Positions 36,846-45,777 of a stretch of DNA of 64,000 nt are shown in pieces. Made by a program: the position numbers and the translations under genes. Source of the stretch: SAR202 cluster bacterium bin90 (GTDB lineage: Bacteria > Chloroflexota > Dehalococcoidia > Lucifugimonadales > JADFKI01). The stretch covers positions 35,943 through 99,942 of the forward strand of contig MPND01000006.1 of assembly GCA_002238855.1 (NCBI GenBank), in the 5' to 3' direction. Positions within the stretch are counted from its first letter, which is position 1. Each line of letters starts with the position of its first letter. The notes beneath the pieces were generated by a model that was not told where the DNA came from, did not search any database, and saw only the letters and a program-made list of their open reading frames with translations.

Positions 36846-37778
36846 CTAGCCGACATACCTGTCATACACCAACTTCGCCGCCGCCAGGTCCCACATCGCC
36901 ATCCCCAGCGACTTGAACAGCGTAATGTCGTCATCACCACGCCTGCCCGCCTTCACGCCGCCCACCACCTGCCACAACTCGCTCACCTGCTCCCACAGCA
37001 GCAAGCCCTTTGATGTCGGCATCAGCAGTTCCCCGCACTCAATCTTCGCCTGCTCGATGCTGTCCACGGCGATGAAGTCCGACCGACCGATCGTGGCGTC
37101 ATCCAGCTCCGTAACATACTCATTCGCGCCGCCCACAGCGCAGATATGCGTACCCGGCCGAAGCCACCCACCACGGAACACAGGCTTCGGTGAGTTCGTA
37201 ATCGTAACAAGGATATCCGCCGACTCCACCACCTCAAGTGGCGTAACCGCCGCCAGCACCTCGATGCCAAGTCTCTCCGCCATTTCACGCGCAAAACCAC
37301 TGCGGTTCTCTGCGTTTCGGCTGTACACGCGCACTTGCTCAATCGGGCGCACGCTGCATATCGCCTCCAGTTGCGCCCCCGCCTGAAATCCGCTGCCCAG
37401 TATGCCCACTTCAGCGGAGTCCTCACGCGACATATACTTCGCGCTCACACCCGAAGCCGCGCCCGTCCGCCTCCGTCCGAGCTGGTTCGCCTCCAGCACG
37501 GCAAGCAGGTCCCCCGTCTCCACGCTGTAAAGTAGCACGAAAAACTGGTACTTGCCGTCAACGATGGAATAAACCTTGAACCCGAACACACCCTGCTCGT
37601 GCAGCGCAGCCGTCATGTGCGCCAGCATCAGCCCAGGCCCTGCAATCGTGTGTCCGCGCGGCATGTTGGTCGCAGCAGATATCGCCTGCTGCTTCAGCAC
37701 CGCCTCCACCACCGGCACGGCATCTTCAACCGTCAGCAGGCGTTCGACATCGGCGTCAGTTATCCACAAAGGAGTCAT
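36846..37778 (-). CDS. Ornithine cyclodeaminase / mu-crystallin family protein
   Basis: VGILGSGFQAGAQLEA Rossmann motif and overall OCD-family layout. Confidence 0.8.
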   Translation of the reverse strand: MTPLWITDADVERLLTVEDAVPVVEAVLKQQAISAATNMPRGHTIAGPGLMLAHMTAALHEQGVFGFKVYSIVDGKYQFFVLLYSVETGDLLAVLEANQLGRRRTGAASGVSAKYMSREDSAEVGILGSGFQAGAQLEAICSVRPIEQVRVYSRNAENRSGFAREMAERLGIEVLAAVTPLEVVESADILVTITNSPKPVFRGGWLRPGTHICAVGGANEYVTELDDATIGRSDFIAVDSIEQAKIECGELLMPTSKGLLLWEQVSELWQVVGGVKAGRRGDDDITLFKSLGMAMWDLAAAKLVYDRYVG

Positions 37779-37878
37779 AGGGAAATCACGCTGTATCCCT
37801 TCACTCTGAATAGGAGAAGATGTGAATCTCAGTCAACCCGAACTCGTGCCAAGCCTTACGCAATCCTAACGAAAAACA

Positions 37879-37931
37879 CCTTCCCCCTTTGATGGGGGAA
37901 GGCTGCGATGGAGGTAAAAATCCTCTCCATC
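37879..37931. repeat. REP-like composite repeat, family A
   Basis: CCTTCCCCC-TTTGAT-GGGGGAAGG (37879..37902), followed by GATGGAGGTAAAAATCCTCTCCATC. Confidence 0.7.
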
Positions 37932-37968
37932 CGTTGCATCCATGTTGGATCTTAGCTCCGCACTGCAC

Positions 37969-38787
37969 CTAGCTCCGCACTGCAATAATCCCCAGCCAGC
38001 TTCGCGGCACATGCGTAATCTCCATCTCGTCGAATGTCTGTCGCACGCCCGATTGCAGCGCTTCGCTCGCTTCCTTCAGTGGCACGCCCGGCAGCGTACC
38101 CTCGATGAAGTCCTGGAATCCGCTGATGTCCAGCCAGCCCTCGATAGGCACCTGCACAGTCTCAATGTTCTGCCGCACTATGGTCATTCCATGTGCTTCC
38201 AGAAGCTCACGGTACTGGTCCACCGTAAGCTGCTTGCGCGACTCAACCTTCTCCGCCCTGCCAGGCCTCAGGCCATACTCGCGCCGCAGCGTGCGGATCG
38301 ACTTGAACATCCACTTGCGATAGTACGCCTCGCTCTCAGGAGGATGGCTACCCTCGTAGAACGATGTATTGAAGGCAAATTTGCCGCCAGGATTCAGCGA
38401 CCTTGCGATGTCGTCGAGCAGCGCGTCCTTGTCCGGAATGTAGTGGATGGCGTTGCAGAAGACCACCGTATCCACCGACTCCTTGAGCGAATCGGACAGC
38501 CCCTCGACTTGGCTGTGGACGAACTGAATGGCGGCATCGCGCCTGTCCTTCAGGTTCTCCATCGCCTGCTTCAGGGCACCCGCCGAATGGTCAACCGCGA
38601 TGACCACGGACTCGCGGGCGTTGTTCAGGCGTCCCACAATCAGGTTGGTTACACCGCCCGTGCCGCACGCAAGGTCCACAATGCGTCTGTCCATGCTGAG
38701 GTCAGCCATATCCACGAGCTGAGCATTCAACCCTTCATAGAAGGTGTTCTGCGAAAACTTGGAGAAAGAATAATCATCGGTTGTCAT
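37969..38787 (-). CDS. Class I SAM-dependent methyltransferase
   Basis: Motif I VDLACGTGGVT and a post-I acidic residue. 272 aa. Confidence 0.8.
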   Translation of the reverse strand: MTTDDYSFSKFSQNTFYEGLNAQLVDMADLSMDRRIVDLACGTGGVTNLIVGRLNNARESVVIAVDHSAGALKQAMENLKDRRDAAIQFVHSQVEGLSDSLKESVDTVVFCNAIHYIPDKDALLDDIARSLNPGGKFAFNTSFYEGSHPPESEAYYRKWMFKSIRTLRREYGLRPGRAEKVESRKQLTVDQYRELLEAHGMTIVRQNIETVQVPIEGWLDISGFQDFIEGTLPGVPLKEASEALQSGVRQTFDEMEITHVPRSWLGIIAVRS

Positions 38788-39047
38788 GGCACGCCTCCCG
38801 GCTCTGGCGCTCTGCTAGGCAACGCAATTATAACGGATAAACGGCGCAAAAGGAATTAACAGCAGTTTAACCCCGCGCCACTTTTACCATGCCGTTAACC
38901 ATGGCAGTTACATCCCACTCCGTCCAGCCCCTCACTTGCATCCAATGATATGCTGAACGAGCATCCTATGACGCAGCTCCGCAGCACGATGCCGGATGCG
39001 AGGCAAGTCGAACTAAGCGACTCCACTCAGACAAGCGAGGTAGAACC

Positions 39048-39791
39048 ATGGGCAGACTCGATGGCAAGACGGCAATAATAACCGGCGCGGCGCGAGGACA
39101 GGGCGCAGATGAGGCGCTGCTATTCGCTCTGGAAGGCGCGAATGTAGTCTTCGGCGATGTCCTTGACGACGAGGGCATGGCGGTCGAGCGGCAGATCAGG
39201 GAGATTGGCGGCAATGCGTCCTACGTGCGCCTCGACGTTACGAGCGACGACGACTGGTCTGCAGCCGTCGAGCTTGCGGAAGAGCGCTTCGGCAGCCTCG
39301 ACATCGTAGTAAACAACGCCGCCATCAACCTGCCTTCCGATGACAGAGATGCGTGGGACAAGATGATGGACGTGAATGTGAGAGGCGTCCACCTGGGCAC
39401 CCAACATTCCATTCCCGCAATGAAGCGAGCCGGTGGCGGCTCAATCGTCAACATCTCGTCCGTTGCGGGCTTGCTCGGACGCAAGGGGACGCCCTACGCA
39501 TACACAGCATCAAAGGGCGCAGTCCGCCTGCTGACAAAGGCCGTCGCAATCGACTACGCCGCCGACAACATCCGCTGCAACTCAATCCATCCGGGCCCCA
39601 TCGACACAGAAATGCTCGCGGGTACGACGCCAACCGCTGAGGCTATGGAGGTACGCAGGCACGAAGTCCCCCTGCAGCGAATCGGAGTAGTGCGCGACAT
39701 CGCGCTCGCCGTCCTGTTCCTCGCATCCGACGAGTCCTCGTGGATTACGGGCGCGGAACTCGCCGTAGACGGCGGCATAACCGCCCAGTAG
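39048..39791 (+). CDS. SDR family oxidoreductase (FabG / hydroxysteroid dehydrogenase-like)
   Basis: TGAARGQG, NNAAI, and catalytic YTASKGAV. Confidence 0.9.
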   Translation: MGRLDGKTAIITGAARGQGADEALLFALEGANVVFGDVLDDEGMAVERQIREIGGNASYVRLDVTSDDDWSAAVELAEERFGSLDIVVNNAAINLPSDDRDAWDKMMDVNVRGVHLGTQHSIPAMKRAGGGSIVNISSVAGLLGRKGTPYAYTASKGAVRLLTKAVAIDYAADNIRCNSIHPGPIDTEMLAGTTPTAEAMEVRRHEVPLQRIGVVRDIALAVLFLASDESSWITGAELAVDGGITAQ

Positions 39792-39884
39792 TCTGGCTTC
39801 CTGTTTACAGGCCTTTTAGGTTGTTCCCGCAGACTGGGCGAGTACGCAGACTTGTCCAGTACACAATCCGTAAGCGACCGCCAA

Positions 39885-40265
39885 TCACATCCGCTGCACC
39901 AGCTCGATCCGCACATCGCCCGGAGCGCGAACAAACGCAATCTTGATGTCCGGGCGAAGCTGCATCGGCTCCAGGTCGAACTCCGCGCCCTTCTCCTTCA
40001 GCTCGGCAGCGGCCTGTTCGATGTCATCAACCTTGAACCCGAAATGGTCCAGCCCCAGGTGGGGATCAACGGGCCCCGTCGGCACGTTCTCATCGGCAGC
40101 AGCAATAAATATCGTCAGCCCGTTGACATCGAGGTCAATGCGTGGCTGCCCGTCGCTCTGCACCGACTCGATGATCTTCACGCCAAACATCGTCTCGAAG
40201 TACTTCGCAGTCTCCATCGGCGAAACACTGCGCAGGTGAATATGGTCGTAAGTATATGTCGTCAT
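39885..40265 (-). CDS. VOC (glyoxalase/bleomycin-resistance/dioxygenase) family protein
   Basis: YDHIHLRS...LDHFGFKVDDIEQA...RIELVQ is the paired beta-alpha-beta-beta-beta pattern. Confidence 0.75.
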   Translation of the reverse strand: MTTYTYDHIHLRSVSPMETAKYFETMFGVKIIESVQSDGQPRIDLDVNGLTIFIAAADENVPTGPVDPHLGLDHFGFKVDDIEQAAAELKEKGAEFDLEPMQLRPDIKIAFVRAPGDVRIELVQRM

Positions 40266-40482
40266 CGCTGCCCTCCTACAAGGCTGTCTTTCTCATCACA
40301 CTCTGCCACGGCATTATACCAGCGAGTTGAGCACACCTTCGCTGGCGAACACGGCAACGTGTTAACCCAACGTGATAACCCGTCATGATAATATGAACGA
40401 AAGCGCTCTTTCTGCAATTGCCACCAGTACATAGAAAGAGGCGTATTGGCATGCCAGTGAAAACAGGAAGGAGGTAACCAAA

Positions 40483-41613
40483 GTGGACACGAAAACGCAG
40501 GATCGCCTGGATGGCCTGCTGCAGGACTTCGACGAGCTTAGAGACCGTCAGGTCGGCTACCCCTGCAATCAGGACTTCGACTACTCTGCCCTCTTACCCT
40601 TCCTCAGCTACTGCCCCAATAACGTCGGCGACCCCTTCCACGACAGCAATTTCCTCAGCAACACACACGACATGGAGCGCGAGGTCATCAACAGATTCGC
40701 CGACATGATGCACCTCCCGCAGGACGATGCGTGGGGATATGTCACATCCGGCGGCACCGAGGGCAATATGTACGGCCTCTACATGGGACGCGAGATGTTC
40801 CCTGACGGCGTCGTGTACTTCTCGCAGGACACCCATTACAGCGTCGTGAAGATTCTGCGCGTCCTGAAAGCGCGCAACATCATGATCAAGAGCCAGGACA
40901 ACGGTGAGATTGACTACGACGACCTCTACGAGACCGTCCGCATCAACCGCGACGTACCCGCAGTGTTCATCGCCAACATCGGCACCACCATGAAAGGCGC
41001 GATTGACGATGTAAGCCGGTTCCGGGAAATAGCCGACGACCTCGCCATCACGAACTACTACATCCACGCCGACGCAGCGCTCAGCGGCATGATCCTCCCG
41101 TTCGTGGACGACCCGCAGCCATTCGGATTCGACGCCGGCTTCGACAGCGTAGCGGTCAGCGGCCATAAGATGATCGGCTCGCCCATGCCATGCGGCGTCG
41201 CTCTCACCAGGCGCGACTATGTAGGCCGCGTCGCGCGCTCCATCGAGTATGTCGGCGTGCTGGACACCACCCTCACAGGCTCGCGCAACGCCATCACACC
41301 GATGATGCTCTGGTACGCATTCCAGCAGCAGGGACCGGACGGCTTCCGCAGAATTGTTAACGACTGCATTGAGGTCGCCGAGTACGCCGTTACCCGTTTC
41401 AACGACAGCGGCATACCCGCGTGGCGTAACAAGAACTCTGTCACGGTGGTCTTCCCCAAGCCGTCACCCGAAATCATACGGAAGTGGCAGCTCGCACCCT
41501 ATGAGGACATCGCGCACCTCATAACAATGCCGCATGTCACTCGCGAAAAAATAGACTTGGTTATTGACGACTGCCTGCGCGACCTGCAGGCGAGTTCGAA
41601 GTCAGGAGAATAA
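40483..41613 (+). CDS. PLP-dependent group II decarboxylase, histidine decarboxylase-like
   Basis: SGGTEGN and SGHKMIGSPMPCGV (PLP lysine) motifs. About 376 aa. GTG start with GGAAGGAGG upstream. Confidence 0.75.
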   Translation: MDTKTQDRLDGLLQDFDELRDRQVGYPCNQDFDYSALLPFLSYCPNNVGDPFHDSNFLSNTHDMEREVINRFADMMHLPQDDAWGYVTSGGTEGNMYGLYMGREMFPDGVVYFSQDTHYSVVKILRVLKARNIMIKSQDNGEIDYDDLYETVRINRDVPAVFIANIGTTMKGAIDDVSRFREIADDLAITNYYIHADAALSGMILPFVDDPQPFGFDAGFDSVAVSGHKMIGSPMPCGVALTRRDYVGRVARSIEYVGVLDTTLTGSRNAITPMMLWYAFQQQGPDGFRRIVNDCIEVAEYAVTRFNDSGIPAWRNKNSVTVVFPKPSPEIIRKWQLAPYEDIAHLITMPHVTREKIDLVIDDCLRDLQASSKSGE

Positions 41614-41621
41614 ACGGCATA

Positions 41622-42014
41622 ATGAACAGAATCATCGTAATGGCTAAGAACGAAGTCGGCGTCATAGCCGACATCAGCCGCGCCCTCGCAGACGAGGGGA
41701 TCAACATAGAATCAATCAGCGCCGAGGGATTGGACGAGAAGGGAGTCATCACCCTGGTAGCCGACAACGACGACGGAGCCTTGCGCGTTCTAACCCACGC
41801 CGGATTCAAGACGGTCTCAGACGAATCGCTCGTTCTCAGGCTCAAGGACGAGCCCGGCGCGCTGGCAAAAGTGGCAGAGCGATTCAAGAATGCGGGCGTG
41901 AACATACAAAGCCTCCACATCGTCGACCGCAGAAACGGCCACGCAATCGTAGCCCTCTCCGCCGACGACCGCGCCAAAGCCGAAACGCTCGTGGACGGCG
42001 CATCCATCGTATAG
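41622..42014 (+). CDS. ACT-domain protein (tandem ACT)
   Basis: Two repeats of a beta-alpha-beta-beta-alpha-beta-like pattern (VMAKNEVGVIADISRALADEGINIESI and LRLKDEPGALAKVAERFKNAGVNIQSL). Confidence 0.7.
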   Translation: MNRIIVMAKNEVGVIADISRALADEGINIESISAEGLDEKGVITLVADNDDGALRVLTHAGFKTVSDESLVLRLKDEPGALAKVAERFKNAGVNIQSLHIVDRRNGHAIVALSADDRAKAETLVDGASIV

Positions 42015-42099
42015 CCTCTCTCGACAAAATCCCTTACGCCCTCCCCCGACATTGTGATATATTACACAACATGAAACTCCTTGAACTAACCGCTGTGGC

Positions 42100-42789
42100 A
42101 TGCTAGTCCGCAACGGTCTCTTGGTAACGAGCGCCGCGCTCATGCTCGTTACGCTATACATGGTCTTCCTCTGGGTGCCCACCGAGCTTAACCTCGGTGT
42201 GTCCCAGCGCATCTTCTATTTCCACGTTCCCCTCGGATGGCTCGGCATGATCTCCATCGTCGTCGTAGCCGTCGCCAGCATCGTTCACCTCATCACCGGC
42301 AGCCAGTGGTGGGACGACCTCGCCTACACTACGGCAGAGTTGGGCGTCGTCTTCGCCAGCCTCATCCTTGTAACCGGCGTCATCTGGGCGCGCGGCGATC
42401 TCGGCTGGTGGTGGACCTGGGACGCCAAGCTCACCACAACCCTCGTCCTCTGGTTCATATATGTCGGCTACCTGATGGTTCGCGCCTACTCCCCGAAGGG
42501 CTCCCAGAGCGCGCGCTTCGCATCGGTAATCGCACTGTTCGGAGCGATAGACGCACCCATCATCTACATGGCAACCGTCTGGTGGAGTTCCGCCCATCCC
42601 GAACTCAACGTAGGCCCTGTCGCCAACGACCGCGACGCCATCGGCTCCAACAAGATTTACTTGACGCTCCTCGTCGCGGTCTTAGCCTTCACGATCTTCT
42701 ACATACACCTCGTCGTCGAACGCTTCCACCTGCGCCGCGCCGAATCAGCACTCGACAGACTGCACCAGTCATTCGCGGCACGCTTCTAG
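42100..42789 (+). CDS. ccmC: Cytochrome c maturation heme exporter protein CcmC
   Basis: Trp-rich WGxxWxWD-type motif LGWWWTWDAKL, flanking His residues, and 6 TM segments. Confidence 0.85.
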   Translation: MLVRNGLLVTSAALMLVTLYMVFLWVPTELNLGVSQRIFYFHVPLGWLGMISIVVVAVASIVHLITGSQWWDDLAYTTAELGVVFASLILVTGVIWARGDLGWWWTWDAKLTTTLVLWFIYVGYLMVRAYSPKGSQSARFASVIALFGAIDAPIIYMATVWWSSAHPELNVGPVANDRDAIGSNKIYLTLLVAVLAFTIFYIHLVVERFHLRRAESALDRLHQSFAARF

Positions 42790-42803
42790 CACAATAATTT
42801 ATT

Positions 42804-42851
42804 CCTTCCCCCTCGATGGGGGAAGGTCAGGATGGGGGTGAAATCCTCATC
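42804..42851. repeat. REP-like composite repeat, family A
   Basis: CCTTCCCCC-TCGAT-GGGGGAAGG (42804..42826), then TCAGGATGGGGGTGAAATCCTCATC. Confidence 0.7.
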
Positions 42852-42881
42852 TGGAATCTAGCCCCCGTTCCGGAGACGCAA

Positions 42882-43175
42882 ATGCGAAGCATCATCATCG
42901 CAGCAGCAGCCATCATCCTTCTGGCAGCCACGCTCGCCCCCGTTGCCGTGGCAGCCGCCTACGACGGCGCACCCATAGTAAGCTCCACGGTTGAAACGCC
43001 CGCCCAGCAGCAACGCGGCGAAGCCGAACTACCCTGGCTTTTCGCCGTCTATGTCATCACCTGGGCAGCATTCTTCGCCTACGTCTTCATCATGTCCCGC
43101 AGACAGCGCGAAATGCAGCGCGAAATCGACACCCTAAAACGCGCCCTCGATGCTAAAATAGACCCGGAGCAATAG
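42882..43175 (+). CDS. ccmD: CcmD-like small heme exporter protein
   Basis: Single TM helix LFAVYVITWAAFFAYVFIM followed by basic SRRQREMQRE. Its position between ccmC and ccmE supports the call. Start set at ATG 42882. Confidence 0.6.
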   Translation: MRSIIIAAAAIILLAATLAPVAVAAAYDGAPIVSSTVETPAQQQRGEAELPWLFAVYVITWAAFFAYVFIMSRRQREMQREIDTLKRALDAKIDPEQ

Positions 43176-43176
43176 T

Positions 43177-43210
43177 CCCCTCTCCCTGAGGGAGAGGGTT
43201 AGGGCGAGGG
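43177..43210. repeat. REP-like repeat, family A-prime
   Basis: CCCTCTCCC-TGA-GGGAGAGGG-TTAGGGCGAGGGG. Confidence 0.7.
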
Positions 43211-43269
43211 GAAATGTAATTAGTGGCCTCAAGCACTGAAGTCTCACACACTTTAATGGGCGATCAGAT

Positions 43270-43773
43270 ATGACCTACGACACGGCACAACCCCAAATGG
43301 AAGAAGAATCCCCCGGCCTATTCGCCGGCAAAGGCAAGTTCATCATCGCCGCCGCGGTGCTGCTCGGTGCGCTCTTCTACCTTGGCTTCATCGCCTTCCA
43401 GAGCGCGACCGTGTACTCCTACACCGTAACCGAGCTAACCGGCCTCGGCCCCACGCCCGAAGGCAAGCTCGTGCGCGTAAGCGGCAGTCTCGTTGAGGAC
43501 ACCTTTGTCCGACCCGACGGCTCCACCATGGCGCACTTCACCCTCACAGACAAAGAAGACGGCGGTATACAGTTCGTCTCCGCCCAGCATGACGGCGTCC
43601 TACCCGACCTCTTCTTCAACCCACACTCCGAGATCATCCTCGAAGGCACATACCGCCCCGACGGCGTCTTCGACAGCCAGAACGTCCTCGTCAAGTGCCC
43701 CTCCAAGTACATCGAAGCCACCGATGACGGCTCATACGACGAGGCCGACTACCCCAAGGAACAGGTCAACTAA
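43270..43773 (+). CDS. ccmE: Cytochrome c maturation heme chaperone CcmE, CxxxY variant
   Basis: N-terminal TM anchor and OB-fold segment GKLVRVSGSLV. The heme-binding position reads VLVKCPSKY (Cys in place of the canonical His of HxxxY). Confidence 0.75.
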   Translation: MTYDTAQPQMEEESPGLFAGKGKFIIAAAVLLGALFYLGFIAFQSATVYSYTVTELTGLGPTPEGKLVRVSGSLVEDTFVRPDGSTMAHFTLTDKEDGGIQFVSAQHDGVLPDLFFNPHSEIILEGTYRPDGVFDSQNVLVKCPSKYIEATDDGSYDEADYPKEQVN

Positions 43774-43813
43774 ATCCTGTCTATCCTGTTAACCCCTGTC
43801 CCCGCGTCTAGCT

Positions 43814-45412
43814 CTAGACCGCAATCGCCCCATCCACATACAGCAACTCCAGCGCCTGCCACGCCGCCTTGGCTGCCTCCACCGCCATCCCCGGCTCCAT
43901 CCCCTCGCACAGTGACGCAATCACCTCCGAAGCCGTCCCCTGACCATCCAGCCTGTTCAACAGATGCGACACCAGCCCGCTGCACGGAATTCCTTCAGGG
44001 TGCGCGTCCGTAACCAGACCCACTCCCCACACGAACCTGTCCTCCTCCAGCACCGGCTGCCTCTGCAGCCGCACCCCATCCGCAAGACGCAGCCGCGCTC
44101 CGTCCGGCAGTCCCTCTTCACGCCTTCGTACTCGCTCCGATTCCACAGCCGTCACACTATCCCCGAACGCCGGCGGCAGCAGCCCCTTCGACAGCACCGC
44201 CCGCTCATAACCCCGCGCAGGCTGACCAGCGACCAGCTGTATGAACGACTGTCTAGGCGTCAGCAGCGGGTCGTCCTCCAGCAGCCGCCGCGCCTCCCAG
44301 AAGTACGAGTCCGCAGTGCGATTGCTCGAATAAAACAGCCGCGCCAGCTCCCGGAAATGCCCATACTCCCTGTAATACATCAGCTCGTACATCTTCCCCG
44401 CAGGTCCCGCAATCGTCGCGTCCTCCAGCGCGGACGCCACCACAACCGACGCCAGCGCAGCATACGTCAGCGCCAGATGCACCCCCGACGAAAACAGCGG
44501 ATCAACGAAGCATCCCGCATCCCCAACCAATATGTACCCCGGCCCCGACAGCGACCTGCACCGATAAGACCAGTCCCGCACCACCTCCGGCTCCGACACC
44601 ATCTTCGCGCCTTCCAGCATCCCCACAAGATACGGCGCAGCCGCAATCTGCGCTTCCAGGAAGCCCCGCGCACCCTGTTCCCGTATCCCGCGCTGTCCCG
44701 CCTCCGCGTCCACAACCGCACCCACGCTCGACCAGCCTTCCCGCAGAGGAATATTCCACAGCCACCCGTCCGCCTGAGACTCGATCAGGATGTTTCCCGC
44801 ATCCGGCTCCGGCAGCCGCTTCCCGCCCTCGTAGTACCCATACACCGCCAGGTTGCGAAAGAACTCATCCCACTCACGCAGCCCAAGTTGCCGCGCAAGC
44901 ACACCGCTCTGCCCGCTCGCATCCACCACATACCCTGCTGGCAACTCCACCTCGCCCGACGAACCGTCAACCGCCCGGCACCGTACCGCAATGGCACTCC
45001 CGCCCTCATCGAATGCCACCCTCGTAACCTGCCACCCCTCGCGCACATCCACACCCGACCGCCGCGCATTATTCAGCAGTATCGCGTCAAACTCAGGCCG
45101 CCACACCTGGTACGAGTGCGGATATGTCGCGTGCGTCTCCCTGAAGTACCAGCTCCACGGCTCCCGCTCGGTGCCCCAGATCATCGTCGCGCCCGGCTTC
45201 ACCGTGAACCCCGCCTGCCGCACCTCGTCCATCACGCCAAGGCTCTCAAGGATAGGAATGCTCCCCGGCAGCAGCGACTCCCCCACATGCGCGCGCGGAA
45301 AACGCTCCCGCTCCAGCAGCACGACATCCAGCCCCATGCGCGCAAGCAACGCGCTGACGCACGCCCCCGCAGGCCCGCCCCCGATAACTATGATTGGCTT
45401 ATCAACCGGCAT
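43814..45412 (-). CDS. Flavin-dependent halogenase-like FAD oxidoreductase (PltA/CmlS-like)
   Basis: GGGPAG FAD motif, GESLLPG, GFTVKPGATMIWG (conserved Lys context), WxWxIP motif GWLWNIP, and FVDPLFSSGVHLA. Confidence 0.7.
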   Translation of the reverse strand: MPVDKPIIVIGGGPAGACVSALLARMGLDVVLLERERFPRAHVGESLLPGSIPILESLGVMDEVRQAGFTVKPGATMIWGTEREPWSWYFRETHATYPHSYQVWRPEFDAILLNNARRSGVDVREGWQVTRVAFDEGGSAIAVRCRAVDGSSGEVELPAGYVVDASGQSGVLARQLGLREWDEFFRNLAVYGYYEGGKRLPEPDAGNILIESQADGWLWNIPLREGWSSVGAVVDAEAGQRGIREQGARGFLEAQIAAAPYLVGMLEGAKMVSEPEVVRDWSYRCRSLSGPGYILVGDAGCFVDPLFSSGVHLALTYAALASVVVASALEDATIAGPAGKMYELMYYREYGHFRELARLFYSSNRTADSYFWEARRLLEDDPLLTPRQSFIQLVAGQPARGYERAVLSKGLLPPAFGDSVTAVESERVRRREEGLPDGARLRLADGVRLQRQPVLEEDRFVWGVGLVTDAHPEGIPCSGLVSHLLNRLDGQGTASEVIASLCEGMEPGMAVEAAKAAWQALELLYVDGAIAV

Positions 45413-45434
45413 AAGAAATTACGCGTCACAAGCA

Positions 45435-45461
45435 AATGGAGAGGAAAATATCCTCTCCATT
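45435..45461. repeat. Perfect 10-bp hairpin related to the second half of family A repeats; possible terminator of the CDGSH gene
   Basis: AATGGAGAGG-AAAATAT-CCTCTCCATT. The same GATGGAG...CTCCATC module occurs at 37907..37931 and 53434..53467. Confidence 0.55.
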
Positions 45462-45487
45462 CTACAAATTATCTACAGCCGTTAAAG

Positions 45488-45688
45488 CTACGCCTCGAAC
45501 CCTGCCGGGCGGTGCGTCCCGTCACAGAACGGCTTGTTGTCCGACTTACCGCAGCGGCACAGGAACACCATTTCGCTGTCCCCGTCGATGGCAATCTCAT
45601 TGCCGTCCGCATCCATAATCTTGATGCCACCCTGCACCATCAGGGGCCCATTCTTCCGTGTCGTAACCGTCGTATCTGCCATTTTCAT
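45488..45688 (-). CDS. CDGSH iron-sulfur domain protein
   Basis: CRCGKSDNKPFCDGTH is the CDGSH 2Fe-2S motif. Start set at ATG 45688, because the longer ORF would translate a REP repeat. Confidence 0.8.
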   Translation of the reverse strand: MKMADTTVTTRKNGPLMVQGGIKIMDADGNEIAIDGDSEMVFLCRCGKSDNKPFCDGTHRPAGFEA

Positions 45689-45720
45689 TCCCCTTTCTCG
45701 TTCTTTTGCTCTCAATAGTC

Positions 45721-45756
45721 CCCTCTCCCCGCGGGAGAGGGTTAGGATGGGGGTGA
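45721..45756. repeat. REP-like repeat, family A-prime
   Basis: CCCTCTCCC-CGC-GGGAGAGGG-TTAGGATGGGGGTGA. Confidence 0.7.
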
Positions 45757-45777
45757 TGTAGTGCCCCATCAATCCTA

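Noticed and set aside
38788-39047. Near-repeats ACCATGCCGTTA / ACCATGGCAGTTA between the methyltransferase and SDR genes, considered as a possible operator.
   Set aside because: They are short, no adjacent regulator gene links to them, and I cannot distinguish them from chance.
43964-45718. Very long antisense or overlapping track ORFs. Examples are 43964..45718 (584 aa), 49687..51099 (470 aa), 55244..56419 (391 aa), 12908..13789, 23247..24125, 29231..30004, 30300..31124, 36035..36808 and 37942..38859.
   Set aside because: Their translations are Arg/Pro/His/Ser-rich low-complexity strings typical of wrong-frame reading of GC-rich genes. In every case the opposite strand or another frame encodes a protein with clear family motifs.
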